DNA from: Nitrosopumilus sp.
GTDB taxonomy: Archaea > Thermoproteota > Nitrososphaeria > Nitrososphaerales > Nitrosopumilaceae
Length of the DNA: 64,000 nucleotides
Assembly: GCA_965207075.1 (NCBI GenBank)
Contig: CBDBLO010000002.1
Span: forward strand, 32,001 to 96,000
Direction of reading: 5' to 3'
Shown here: one piece after another, positions 28,757 through 38,636 of the stretch
How the letters are laid out: each line of letters starts with the position of its first letter
Numbering within the stretch: the first letter of the stretch is position 1
Position numbers and translations under genes: made by a program
Notes under the pieces: model-generated
What the model was told of the DNA's origin: nothing
Seen by the model: the letters and a program-made list of their open reading frames with translations, nothing else
Database searches by the model: none

Positions 28757-30685
28757 TCAGGACTGTCCAGCGCGTCCGCCTCCCAGGTATCCGTCGACGC
28801 CGTCCAGCAGTTTTCTGCGCCTTGCAAGCGACCGGAGTCTCTTTTCCGACGCAAGGCCGCTCCGGAGCAGCTCCGACAGTATCCCGTCCAGCTCGTCGCC
28901 GTACATGGTCAGCGTTCCCCTGCGCACCTCGGAGTAGAGGTCGAGCCAGGCTTTTTCCGGGGGGGCCCACGTGGTCGCCGGCCGCTCCGCGTACTCCCGT
29001 ATTATTATGAGCCTGCTGCCGACGCCGGAGATTCCAAGGACGGCATCCACCTCGGCCGGCCTTGGCTCCAGCAGCGCGACGAACCTCCCCCCCGCGTGGT
29101 CCTGTACGGCCTCCAGTACCTGCTGCCCCGCCCCGGGCACCGTGTGGATGACGTAGACCATCTTGCCATACGCGTTGTGCAGAAAGGGGGCCAGCGTGCT
29201 CAGGCCGGTAAACTGAAAGCCGTGTCTTATGGCGTCGGCCAGGTGGCCGTGCAGGTCCACGAGCTCGCCTGCGGGGGAGTAGGCGGGCGTCAGCACCGCG
29301 CCGCCGCCGCCGCCATTTCTCGGTCCGGTTCTCCTTGGAGCCGGGTCGGCCACGAGCCTGCCTACGAGCTCGCCCCACCTCCTGTTTCTGTCGCGGACAA
29401 AGTCGGCATACCTTGCCGGGTTGCCGGCCACAAGCTCCGACTCTACGCGTACCAGGCTCAGGAGCAACAGCGGGTTCTTGAAGATCATAAACATCTCGCT
29501 TGACCTGTTGACTGTGATCTTGAGGCCGTCGTCGGCAAAGTCCAGGCCGTATATGCCGCCGTCCTTGGCGTCCTCGAACGCGACGTCCATCCTCCCCGCC
29601 TCGCCCCGGACGGCAAAGCGGCCCGTCCTGCGCAGCAGTGACCTGGCGTTTGCGGCGCTCATCCTTGCGTCCAAGAGGGGGGTACTCCCCGCGTCATCCG
29701 CGAATATGCGGCGTATGTCAAGCGAGTCCTGTCTCCTTGACGGCGAGTCACGGATGCATTTCAGCACGGCCGGGTCCTTCCCAAAGCCCTTGACGGCCTC
29801 TTCGTATTCCAGCGAGTCCTCCAAGAACCCCGTCTTGTGAAAGTTTACCGGAACGTGGTCGATGGATATCTCCCCGACCACTCTGGCCATCTCCGGATGG
29901 CTCCTTATGCCGAACTTGTCAAAGGCCCTTATGAGGCGCCCTCTCCGGTAGAGGTGCATCCCGTAGTCGCCCTTGATCGACCGCCTCCTCAAGAGTCCGA
30001 CCCAGCCGGCTATCCGGCCGCCGCTTGGGAGCCTTACGTCGACGTCCTGCCGCGTGCCTTCCTCGAGTTCCGGTTCGGCGGGCCTGCAGTCCTTGGAGTT
30101 GACCGTTATGCGGGCCCTGCCGTCCCTGAGGTACGGACCGTACCTTATTGCAAACCGTTTCTTAAAGTTCGAGAGCTGGTTGGAATACAGCGGAACCTTG
30201 AGCTTGCTGATCGTTATCTTGGTGCCGTGCCAGTCGCCGGACTTGTCGGACTCCTCGATCTCAAAGTTGGTCCAGTCCCTTGACCCGTCCCCCAGCCACT
30301 GATCCTCGTCATATCTGGCCACAAGTTTTGTCCCCGGGCCCGGCCTGGACGTAACTATCGAGAATGCCTTGCCGAGGCTGGAGCAGGCCCCCTTCATTCC
30401 CATGCCGAACCTGCCCAGACTGCCGTCCTTTTTTGTCTCCCTTGCGACGGTCAGCGCGTCCCGCAGCTGGGGCAGGTTCATCCCCAAGCAGTCGTCTGTC
30501 ACCGTAACCTGCCTCCTGCCAAAGTCCAGCTGCAGGCGGATGCGGCACGTCTCGCCCTCGATTCTTGCGTCAATCGAGTTGTCCACCAGCTCTGCGACCG
30601 CCTGTTCGGTCCTGTATCCGACGAGGCCCAACTTCTTGATCAGGCTCTTGTCAGGGGTGATGTCTACGGGAATCGTCCGCGCCAT
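28757..30685 (-). CDS. GHKL (MORC/HATPase_c_3-like) ATPase with C-terminal AbiEi-like domain
   Basis: AELVDNSIDA, DDCLGM, GRFGMGMK and HGTKITI motifs. C-terminal FTGLSTL...PPEKAWLDL resembles AbiEi antitoxin C-domains. The stop overlaps the AbiEii start. Confidence 0.75.
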   Translation of the reverse strand: MARTIPVDITPDKSLIKKLGLVGYRTEQAVAELVDNSIDARIEGETCRIRLQLDFGRRQVTVTDDCLGMNLPQLRDALTVARETKKDGSLGRFGMGMKGACSSLGKAFSIVTSRPGPGTKLVARYDEDQWLGDGSRDWTNFEIEESDKSGDWHGTKITISKLKVPLYSNQLSNFKKRFAIRYGPYLRDGRARITVNSKDCRPAEPELEEGTRQDVDVRLPSGGRIAGWVGLLRRRSIKGDYGMHLYRRGRLIRAFDKFGIRSHPEMARVVGEISIDHVPVNFHKTGFLEDSLEYEEAVKGFGKDPAVLKCIRDSPSRRQDSLDIRRIFADDAGSTPLLDARMSAANARSLLRRTGRFAVRGEAGRMDVAFEDAKDGGIYGLDFADDGLKITVNRSSEMFMIFKNPLLLLSLVRVESELVAGNPARYADFVRDRNRRWGELVGRLVADPAPRRTGPRNGGGGGAVLTPAYSPAGELVDLHGHLADAIRHGFQFTGLSTLAPFLHNAYGKMVYVIHTVPGAGQQVLEAVQDHAGGRFVALLEPRPAEVDAVLGISGVGSRLIIIREYAERPATTWAPPEKAWLDLYSEVRRGTLTMYGDELDGILSELLRSGLASEKRLRSLARRRKLLDGVDGYLGGGRAGQS

Positions 30686-30983
30686 GATTACGAGCAATAT
30701 GTGAGAATATTATATATTTTCTCTGTTTTCGCTCGTAGAATCATAATGTTAAATGCAATCTTATTATGAGAATAACGCCGAAATTCTCGTAAATTGCTCG
30801 TTAAGCCGGACGCGGCTGCCGCCTTTTTTGGGCTACAGGCAGGCAGGCAGGCAGAGGCGGCGGCATTCACAGGCAGCCGGACGCGCGCAGAACCGCCAAG
30901 TTGAGCTGGACGCCGTCCGGGGCGCGGCCCCGCATGATCCGCGGCCGTCCCGCCGCGCCCCGCCGCCGTCGGGAACCTCCGCG

Positions 30984-31937
30984 TCACACCCTGGGCATGC
31001 AGCACTTTTTGTACTTCTTACCGGAGCCGCAGGGGCAGGGCTCGTTCCTGCCCGTCTTCCGGCTTGCGGGAAGGGACAAGGGCGCGTCCGCGGGCCCGCC
31101 GTGGCCCGGGCCGTAGAGATAGTCGTCGCGGTACGAGAATATGTCCATGGGATCCATCGAATTGTCCACCCGCGACGTTGGGAGGCTACCCGCATAAACT
31201 TGGTCGAGGGTAGACACGTCATAAAAGTCACTGCGGATGAATCTGGTCTCCACCGCGTCCTTTAGGTATTCGTACAGGTCCGGATCCCTCAGATCGAGCA
31301 GCGAGTCGACCAGCATCATTCTCGTACCGTCGTCCGCCTCCCTTTGCGCCGCGTCCTTTATCGACGCGACTATTCCGGGCCTTGCCTCTGGGTGCTTTGA
31401 GGCCGTGATAACCAGCGCCTCTGCCGCGGCACACCGCACGTACGTGTCGGCACCGACATGCCGCATGAGCGCCGTCGTTGATGGTATGGCCCCGGTCCCC
31501 ATGTGCGCCAGTATGTATGGCGCGTCATCCGTCAGCCAGTCGCCGGTCTCCTCGTAGTGATCGAGGATGGCCGCGTTTACGGCCAGCTGCGCTCGGTAGT
31601 GGCCGATCTTGGCCAAGAGGTGAATTGCGCACACCGGCGCCCACGCGTTGTGGGCTTTCCAGTACTCGTCGTACGTCGCAATCCGGGCCAGGTGCGGGAA
31701 CGTCTCCTCCCTTGCGTCCAAGATGCCCCTGACAACCTCCTCGTCCGCGTGCATCCCCTCCGACTCCAGTACCCTGATCCTGGCTGCGGTGTCCAACGGG
31801 TAGCGTCGAATGCCGCAACGGATTAACGTTGCCACGCGGCGGTTCTGGCAAATCCTCGGCATCCGCGGCGGCGACTGGTACCCCTTCTTCGGCGTCACTT
31901 TTGACTCGCGCCCAGTACACGCCGCGTCACGCGGCAA
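30984..31937 (-). CDS. HEAT-like (DUF1186-like) protein with C-terminal SEC-C motif
   Basis: GRNEPCPCGSGKKYKKCC. The true start is probably further downstream (~31796). Confidence 0.75.
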   Translation of the reverse strand: MPRDAACTGRESKVTPKKGYQSPPRMPRICQNRRVATLIRCGIRRYPLDTAARIRVLESEGMHADEEVVRGILDAREETFPHLARIATYDEYWKAHNAWAPVCAIHLLAKIGHYRAQLAVNAAILDHYEETGDWLTDDAPYILAHMGTGAIPSTTALMRHVGADTYVRCAAAEALVITASKHPEARPGIVASIKDAAQREADDGTRMMLVDSLLDLRDPDLYEYLKDAVETRFIRSDFYDVSTLDQVYAGSLPTSRVDNSMDPMDIFSYRDDYLYGPGHGGPADAPLSLPASRKTGRNEPCPCGSGKKYKKCCMPRV

Positions 31938-32598
31938 ACCTGGACGCGTCCATCACGTTGAGCGCCAGAAGCGACAGGCCTCCGTCGGGCTCCCTTCGGA
32001 ACACGTTGAGCGCGGCGTTCGCGATCTCGGCGCGCAGCAGCCGCTCGGGCGATATCCCGGCTATCTCGCCGAGCATGGCCTTTATCGGGTCCATGTGCGT
32101 GACGAGCACGGCGTTTCCGTTATCATCATCATTACTATCGGCGCCGCCCCCGCTGCCCGCAGCGGCATCACCGCCGCCCGACACCACTTCGGACACTATC
32201 CCGGTGACGCGCCTCCTGACCTGCTCGAAGGTCTCCACCCCCTTGTGCGCGATCTCGACGTCCCCCCCGTAGAACTTTGCGAATATGTCGTCGTGGCCCG
32301 ACACCACCTCCTCAAACGTCATGCCGGTGAACTTGCCCATGTCAATCTCCGTCAGCCTCTCGTCGACTGTAACGGGCACCCCGCACTCCTCGGATATCAT
32401 CCGCGCCGTCTCGGCGGCCCTCTTAATCGGGCTCGAGTATATCGCAGACACGCCTGCCGACGCGAGCATCTTGGCCGCGCGCTCCGCCTGCCTCACGCCC
32501 TCCGGCGTCAGCGGGACGCCGTCCATGCGGCCGGCAAGCATCCTCTCCACGTTGTTCCGGGCCTGCCCGTGCCGGACCATTATGACGTGCCGCACCAA
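31927..32598 (-). CDS. Histidine phosphatase / phosphoglycerate mutase family
   Basis: VRHG, SSPIKRA, LTEIDMG and VTH motifs. Confidence 0.85.
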   Translation of the reverse strand: MVRHVIMVRHGQARNNVERMLAGRMDGVPLTPEGVRQAERAAKMLASAGVSAIYSSPIKRAAETARMISEECGVPVTVDERLTEIDMGKFTGMTFEEVVSGHDDIFAKFYGGDVEIAHKGVETFEQVRRRVTGIVSEVVSGGGDAAAGSGGGADSNDDDNGNAVLVTHMDPIKAMLGEIAGISPERLLRAEIANAALNVFRREPDGGLSLLALNVMDASRFAA

Positions 32599-32649
32599 GA
32601 TATCCGCCCTCGAATAGAGATAATAATAAGTCATATGTTTTCCCGTTGA

Positions 32650-33330
32650 ATGGCCAAGACCGTCGGAATCATAGGGGGCACCGGGGGAATGGGCAAGGGG
32701 TTTGCCATCAGATGGGCCCAGAACCATCCCATACTGGTGGGCTCGAGGGACGCGGCAAGGGCCGCGGATGCGGCCGCGTCATACCAGAAGGAGGCCGACG
32801 CCATATACGGCACACAGACCAGCATAACCGGCGGCGCCAACCCCGAGGTGGCCGAGAACAGCGACATTTTGATACTCTCCATACCGTACGGCAACATCGA
32901 CGCCACGTGCCCGGGGATACTTTCGCGCGTCAGGGACGGCTGCACCGTGGTGTCGCCCATAGTCCCCATGGAGAAGACCGACACGGGGTTCGAGTTCATA
33001 CCGTTCAGGGACAGCGGCGCAAAGACGTCGCACGAGTCCGTCGCCGCCCACATGAAAGACGGCGGCAGGAGCCTGGTGTCGGCGTTCCACGTGATATCCG
33101 AAAAAAAGCTTGCAAACCCCTCAGTTACGCTAGACTATGACATATTCGTGTGCGGCGACGACGAGCGGGCCACGGACGAGATATGCGGGTTCATATCGGA
33201 GGTGGAGGGGCTGCGGCCCATACTGCTGGGCCCCGGCAAGCTGGCGTACATGGCCGAGATCGCCACCCCGCTTTTGCTCAACGCCATGATACGCAACAAG
33301 ATGAGAAACCCCGGCATAAAGCTGGTATGA
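32650..33330 (+). CDS. npdG: NADPH-dependent F420 reductase
   Basis: IIGGTGGMGKG, GSR, SAFH and VCGDD motifs. Confidence 0.85.
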   Translation: MAKTVGIIGGTGGMGKGFAIRWAQNHPILVGSRDAARAADAAASYQKEADAIYGTQTSITGGANPEVAENSDILILSIPYGNIDATCPGILSRVRDGCTVVSPIVPMEKTDTGFEFIPFRDSGAKTSHESVAAHMKDGGRSLVSAFHVISEKKLANPSVTLDYDIFVCGDDERATDEICGFISEVEGLRPILLGPGKLAYMAEIATPLLLNAMIRNKMRNPGIKLV

Positions 33331-33397
33331 CCAGCGGCACGGGGCAGAGAGGCTGGCTCGACAAGATGATATGGCGCATGGCGATATCAGAATCATC

Positions 33398-33658
33398 ATG
33401 AGCGGGGGCGGGGGCAGCGAGTACAGGCGCAGGGGCAGAAACTGGTATACGGCAGTCGGGGCGCTGTTCGTCATAATGGCGTGCATAGTTTTGGTGCAGC
33501 AGCTGCTGGTGTGGGGCCCCGAGTTCGTGTCGGACTTTCTGACAAACGCCGAGGTGACCAACGAGAAGGTGTCCGCCGGCATGCTCGGGTTCGGCGCCTT
33601 TATGATCGCGATGGGATTCAGGCGCAACGCGCCCACAAGGGGGCCCGGCACGCAGTGA
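33398..33658 (+). CDS. Small two-TM membrane protein
   Basis: Two hydrophobic segments; operonic position. Confidence 0.6.
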   Translation: MSGGGGSEYRRRGRNWYTAVGALFVIMACIVLVQQLLVWGPEFVSDFLTNAEVTNEKVSAGMLGFGAFMIAMGFRRNAPTRGPGTQ

Positions 33659-34068
33659 CTGTACAGCACACCAGGGAGCAGGTGGAGCGGTTCCTGGAGG
33701 CGCAGAAGACTATGCGCCTTGCCACCGTACGCGGGGACGGAACGCCGCACGTGGTGCCGGTGTGGTACATGTACGAAAACGGGGCCTTTTACGTCGGCAC
33801 CCACACCAGGACCGCAAAGGCCAAGAACGTGGAGAGGACGGGCAGGGCCGCGTTCTGCGTCGACGTCGGGGTGCACTCCCCGGACATATTCGGGGTGTCC
33901 GGACACGGCAGGGCCTCGCTTCTCAGGGACGACGTTGTTGCCATCGCGTCCAGGATACTATCCAGATACTATGACACGATGGACGACCCTGCCGCGCAGG
34001 AGCTGCTGGAGGACACCGACTGCATCATACGCATCGTGCCGGACGGCATGGCTAGCTGGAGCTATTGA
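33655..34068 (+). CDS. Pyridoxamine 5'-phosphate oxidase (PPOX) family protein
   Basis: RLATVRGDGTPHVVPVWY and KAKNV motifs; GTG start overlaps the upstream stop. Confidence 0.85.
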   Translation: MTVQHTREQVERFLEAQKTMRLATVRGDGTPHVVPVWYMYENGAFYVGTHTRTAKAKNVERTGRAAFCVDVGVHSPDIFGVSGHGRASLLRDDVVAIASRILSRYYDTMDDPAAQELLEDTDCIIRIVPDGMASWSY

Positions 34069-35263
34069 TCATAAAGTCCTCGAGCTTTGACATGGCCGAC
34101 TCCAGCACCGGTATGTCGGGCAGGTACACGACACGGAAGTGCCCCGAGCCGTACCGCTCGCCGAACCCCGAGCCGTGGACCGTGAGCACGCCCTTTCTCT
34201 CGAGCAGCGACATGACAAAGCTCTTGTCGCCGCCGAACCTTTTGGCGCAGTCCTCCACCTTTGGGAACGCGTAGAACGCGCCCCTCGGCATGGCGCACGA
34301 TATGCCGGGAATCTCGTTGAGCCTCGGGATGATATAGTCGCGGCGCCTGCGCACCTCGGATACGAACCTGCCGATATAGTCCTGCGGCCCGCGCAGCGAC
34401 TCGAGCGCGGCGTGCTGGAACGGCAGGTTCGTGGTTATGCGCACCCTTGCAAGCTTTGGCAGGTTCTCCCGGATGCCGTCGAGGCGCGGCGACGCGCCGT
34501 TGAACGCCACGTACCCCATGCGCCACCCGGTCATCAGGTGCACCTTTGAGAAGCCGTTGAGTATTATGACCGGTGCCGTGCCGGCCACCGCGCCCACCCC
34601 CGCGAACCGGCGGCCGCCGTCGCCGCCGCCGTCAAACGTGATATGGTCGTATATCTCGTCGCATATCAGGTACAGGTCGTGCTCTTCTGCGATGCGGACC
34701 ATCTCGGTGAGGCTCTTTTCGTCAAACACGACGCCGCTGGGGTTGTTGGGGCTTATCAGGCATATGGCGACCGTCCTCGGCGTGATCTTGGACCTGATGT
34801 CCTCCATGTCGGCCGACGACTCCTCGAGGTCCATTGCAAACTCCACCGGCGTGCCGCCGCGCAGGCGCACGTAGGACGCGTACGGGGGATAGTAGGGGCC
34901 GGGCAGCAGCACCTCGTCGCCCTCCTCGACTATGGACGATATCACCATGTCGAGCGCCTCCGAGACGCCGTTTGTCACCACCACGTCGTCGGCCGACACG
35001 GACAGCCCCTTTGCGGACTCCTTTTCTGCGATGGCCTCCCGCAGCTCCGGCAGGCCCTCCGACGGGGCGTAATAGTTCTCGCCCCTGTTTACGGCGTCGA
35101 TGAGCGCCTGCCTGACGTTGTCCGGCGGCTGGAACCCGAACTGCACGGGGTCGCCGATGTTCAGGTAGTCTATTGAAACGCCGCGCCGCTGCACGCCGCG
35201 CGCCGCCTGCACTATGTCCCTGATGGCGTACTCCACGCCGGCCACCCTCTTCGATACCTTCAA
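34052..35263 (-). CDS. Class I/II PLP aminotransferase (Ala/Asp type)
   Basis: LNIGDP, PNNPSG, DEIY and GFSKVHLMTGWRMG motifs. Confidence 0.9.
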   Translation of the reverse strand: MKVSKRVAGVEYAIRDIVQAARGVQRRGVSIDYLNIGDPVQFGFQPPDNVRQALIDAVNRGENYYAPSEGLPELREAIAEKESAKGLSVSADDVVVTNGVSEALDMVISSIVEEGDEVLLPGPYYPPYASYVRLRGGTPVEFAMDLEESSADMEDIRSKITPRTVAICLISPNNPSGVVFDEKSLTEMVRIAEEHDLYLICDEIYDHITFDGGGDGGRRFAGVGAVAGTAPVIILNGFSKVHLMTGWRMGYVAFNGASPRLDGIRENLPKLARVRITTNLPFQHAALESLRGPQDYIGRFVSEVRRRRDYIIPRLNEIPGISCAMPRGAFYAFPKVEDCAKRFGGDKSFVMSLLERKGVLTVHGSGFGERYGSGHFRVVYLPDIPVLESAMSKLEDFMINSSS

Positions 35264-35306
35264 GGCGCTAGGCAGGTATTTAGACGTCTAAAAGCCTTAT
35301 CTTTTC

Positions 35307-35381
35307 GGACTCGTAGCACAGTCTGGATAGTGCGGGCGGCTTCGGACCGCCAGGTCGAGGGATCGAAGCCCTCCGAGCCCT
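35307..35381 (+). tRNA. tRNA-Arg(TCG)
   Basis: Cloverleaf: acceptor GGACTCG/CGAGCCC (one mismatch), anticodon arm GGCGG-CTTCGGA-CCGCC, T arm GAGGG-ATCGAAG-CCCTC. Confidence 0.85.
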
Positions 35382-35431
35382 CCTCCTCCTCCTCCTCCTC
35401 TTAATTCAGGGACAGGGCATCCGCGTGCGCG

Positions 35432-36229
35432 TCACGCCGCCCCGTCGAGATCATGGCTGAGCACCAGGATCTCACTGGAACTCTTGTTGCTGGACATGCC
35501 GTACTTCCACTCGGGCCTGACTATGTCATAACCCGAATAGAGCGACAGTATCTCAGGCGTGTCGTTATATGACAGGATCCATCTGTCGCGGCCGTGGAGG
35601 ATCCTGGCCAGTCCCTCGTGGTCAAAGCCGTTCTGCATGTCCCCCCTGCGTCCGTAAAGCCCGGTGCCCCCCAGCAGGTACGGCGGGTCAAGATAGAGCA
35701 GGGCGTCGCCTGCCCCCGCTATGGAGTCCTCAAAGCCCATGCAGTCCACCGAAAAGTTCTTCACGCGAAAGCGCTCCAGCCGCTCTATTGAGGACTCGGT
35801 AAAGCGCGGGTGCCCCGGCGACATCCCGCCTGAAAGCGTGGTTCCCGAAAACGACGCCCTGTTCAGGGCAAAGTATATCGCGGCCCTCCTGTACGAGGGG
35901 CGTGAGCCGTGCTGGCCCTCCTGCAGGTCGTAAAAGTCGGACCTCTCTAGCGGGTGGTACTGCCTTGCAATATCCGCCAGCTTTCTCGGGTTTTTCAGCA
36001 GGCACCTCCAAAAGTTGACAAGCGGCTCGAATATGTCGTACCCGCGGACCGCGATGCCCACCGACGCGCACGCTATCTCCAGCGAACCGCCCCCCAAGAA
36101 CGGCGAGACCATCCTTTTCGTGCCCTCTGGTATGTGCTTGGAGATCTCGGGTACGCCCCTGGACTTGCCGCCGCAGTACCTGAGGGGCGAGCGCGGCCGC
36201 GCGGGCTGCACAGTCATGAACGTACGCAC
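35432..36229 (-). CDS. Dam/D12-class N6-adenine DNA methyltransferase (orphan)
   Basis: PLRYCGGKS, SPFLGGGS, YLDPPY and ILSYND motifs. Confidence 0.9.
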   Translation of the reverse strand: MRTFMTVQPARPRSPLRYCGGKSRGVPEISKHIPEGTKRMVSPFLGGGSLEIACASVGIAVRGYDIFEPLVNFWRCLLKNPRKLADIARQYHPLERSDFYDLQEGQHGSRPSYRRAAIYFALNRASFSGTTLSGGMSPGHPRFTESSIERLERFRVKNFSVDCMGFEDSIAGAGDALLYLDPPYLLGGTGLYGRRGDMQNGFDHEGLARILHGRDRWILSYNDTPEILSLYSGYDIVRPEWKYGMSSNKSSSEILVLSHDLDGAA

Positions 36230-36515
36230 CGCCGGCCGGAGGCGCGTATTCGGATCGATGTGCCTCTTTCCATACGCGTGCGGTCCACACGATGGGAACC
36301 GGAGCAGCTCAAATATGCCTATGGGCGGACAGTCATGTGGAAATAGTAACCGTGCAATTTCTATTTCTCCTCTCTTCCCCTTTTCCGGCCTCTACTCCCC
36401 CCCCCCCACTCGTCAGATATCTGACGGGCGATCCGCCAAACCGGCCGTGCGCGACACGTCCGGTCGTCACGTGTGGAGAGGGTGTCACCATGGCGGAGTG
36501 AGCAGCTGTGTGATG

Positions 36516-36549
36516 ATATGTCAGCTGACATATATGTCCATTGACATAT
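36516..36549. promoter_or_regulatory. Tandem palindromic operator-like sites ATATGTC-N4-GACATAT
   Basis: ATATGTCAGCTGACATAT (36516-36533, perfect palindrome) and ATATGTCCATTGACATAT (36532-36549), upstream of a TATA-like TATATAA. Confidence 0.5.
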
Positions 36550-36604
36550 GTTCAGTTTTATCCCTAGACTATCTATATAATTCCCCCCGGCCTTACGCGA
36601 CGTG

Positions 36605-36868
36605 ATGCCGGGTATAGGACTGATCAAGCGGCGCCTGGAGACGGAGGCCCAGGCAGTGGCGCTGGCCACGTCACACATACTAAAGGAGCGCAATCTGGCA
36701 GGCGGAGAAGGAAAGGAGGAGGATCCCGCAAGCACGGTCAGCACGCTTGAAACCAAGTATGACGCGGACTCGGGGGACTGGTATGTCGCACTCGGCTGGG
36801 ACGGCAAAAGGGCCGTCATACGGATGGACTCCATACTGGGCACCGTAACGGACGTCAGGGAGGTATGA
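36605..36868 (+). CDS. Small hypothetical protein
   Basis: Plausible composition; the stop overlaps the next ATG. Confidence 0.6.
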   Translation: MPGIGLIKRRLETEAQAVALATSHILKERNLAGGEGKEEDPASTVSTLETKYDADSGDWYVALGWDGKRAVIRMDSILGTVTDVREV

Positions 36869-37518
36869 GCATGGACGCGCTTGTCATGGGCGGCTCCAGG
36901 GGGATCGGCAGGGCTATTGCAGACGCGCTGTCCGACGCCGGCGTCAACGTGTATGCCGCATCAAGGCGCGACGTCGACACGTCGGACCTTGATAGCGCAA
37001 AAGAGTTCGCCGAGGCGCACCCCGACACCGACGTGCTGGTGCTGAACACGGGCGGGCCTCCCCCGAAGACGTTTGCCGAGGCGACGGAGCAGGACTGGCA
37101 AAAGTACCACAACCAGCTGTTCCTGGGATTCTGCACGATTCTGCAAAACGTCAGGGTGAACGACGGCGGCTACATATTCTTGATCAGCTCAAGCGTGATA
37201 AAGGAGCCCGACCCGCGCCTCGTCATCTCCGCCGCGTACCGCGCGGCGTTCTCGGAGGTCCTCAGGGTACAGGGCCGCACCGAGTACGCGGGGCGCGACG
37301 TCACCTGCGTTACGATAGCGCCGGGCCCGATCAACACGGACCGCACCCGCGAGCTCGTCGACGACGTGGAAGAGTTCCAGAAGCAGCTGCCCATGGGGCG
37401 GCTCGGCGAGCCCGGTGAGATAGGCCAGTTCGTGGCCGGCATAGTGAGCCGCAGGATAAAGTACCTGTCAGGCGCCGTGGTAAACTTTGACGGGGCCGGC
37501 TCGCGCCACGTCTTTTAG
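36865..37518 (+). CDS. SDR family oxidoreductase
   Basis: GGSRGIG, NTGGPP, PGPINT and RLGEP motifs. Confidence 0.85.
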   Translation: MSMDALVMGGSRGIGRAIADALSDAGVNVYAASRRDVDTSDLDSAKEFAEAHPDTDVLVLNTGGPPPKTFAEATEQDWQKYHNQLFLGFCTILQNVRVNDGGYIFLISSSVIKEPDPRLVISAAYRAAFSEVLRVQGRTEYAGRDVTCVTIAPGPINTDRTRELVDDVEEFQKQLPMGRLGEPGEIGQFVAGIVSRRIKYLSGAVVNFDGAGSRHVF

Positions 37519-37605
37519 GCGCGGCCGCCGCGCGCGGCCGTCCGGCCGCAGGAACGCGGCGGGTCGATCCTAAACATATATTGTTTCACACGTGACCACA
37601 TCCAC

Positions 37606-38628
37606 TTGCTTGACAAGCGCACGCTGGAGAGGGTCGACGCGGGCCGGATGCACGAGGTGTACGACAGGTGGCCCCGGATCGCGGCCGACGCGTACGAGCC
37701 CCGCCCGGACCAGGACGCCGTCACGTACGGGGACGACATAACGCACATCGTGTTTGCTGGAATGGGGGGGTCGGGCGCCGTGGGGGACCTCTTTGCCGCC
37801 GTACTCTCAAAGACTACAGTGCACGTCACCGTAACAAAGGGGTACGAGCTGCCAAAAACGGTCGACAGGAACACGCTGGTGGTCGCGACAAGCGTCTCGG
37901 GGGAGACGCCGGAGACGCTGGCCGCGCTCGAGGCGGCCGCCAGAACCGACGCGCGGGTCGTCGGCGTGTCGTCGGGCGGCAGTCTGGAGAAGATGTGCCG
38001 CAGCAGGGGCCACGGACACATACCCATCGGGCAGCACCACTCGCCCCGGGCGTCGTTTGCGGGGGTCGTCTTCTCCATGCTGAGGGCGCTTGAGGACGTG
38101 TTGCCGCTGCGGAAGGGGGGCGTTTCGGAGGCCATAGGGCGCCTGCGGGATGTGGGCCGCGCGATATCGTCTGACAACATGGGCGGCGACAACGTGTCGC
38201 TGCGCATCGCCGAGCGCATGGCCGCCGTGCCGCTGATATACCACCCGTTCGGGCTGCGGGCCGCGGCCATCAGGTTCAAAAACGACCTGCAGGAGAACGC
38301 AAAGACGCACGCCATGGTGGAGGACGTCCTGGAGGCCTGCCACAACGGGGTCGTGGCATGGGAGGCGCCCTCCGATGTGGTCGGCCCTGTCATGATCACG
38401 GGAAGCGACGACCACCCGAAGACGAAAGAGAGGTGGCAGATACTAAAAGAGTACTTTGGGTCGGCAGGTATAGAATACGTGGAGATTCAGTCGGGGGAGG
38501 GGGGGATACTGGCAAAGCTCATGGGCCTTTCATACGTGGCGGGATATGCCAGCATATACCGCGCCGTAATGAACGGGATCGACCCGTCTCCCGTCGAGTC
38601 CATAGATTTCGTAAAGAGCAGGCTGTGA
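37606..38628 (+). CDS. SIS-domain phosphoglucose/phosphomannose isomerase
   Basis: GMGGSG, SVSGETPET, ENAK and EACHN motifs. Confidence 0.85.
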   Translation: MLDKRTLERVDAGRMHEVYDRWPRIAADAYEPRPDQDAVTYGDDITHIVFAGMGGSGAVGDLFAAVLSKTTVHVTVTKGYELPKTVDRNTLVVATSVSGETPETLAALEAAARTDARVVGVSSGGSLEKMCRSRGHGHIPIGQHHSPRASFAGVVFSMLRALEDVLPLRKGGVSEAIGRLRDVGRAISSDNMGGDNVSLRIAERMAAVPLIYHPFGLRAAAIRFKNDLQENAKTHAMVEDVLEACHNGVVAWEAPSDVVGPVMITGSDDHPKTKERWQILKEYFGSAGIEYVEIQSGEGGILAKLMGLSYVAGYASIYRAVMNGIDPSPVESIDFVKSRL

Positions 38629-38636
38629 CCGGCTGG

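Larger units (their letters stand above)
26139..28770 (-). pseudogene. AbiEii/type IV TA nucleotidyltransferase toxin, interrupted by the TnpB element
   Basis: The N-part has TRGGGMCMPFH...RLSVDVDL; the C-part has LLGDKL...KQVYDL. Removing the element and one TSD restores the frame NPYPLD|NLVSYRVYYDSCLGGRRYVKVDFF. The start is approximate. Confidence 0.75.
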
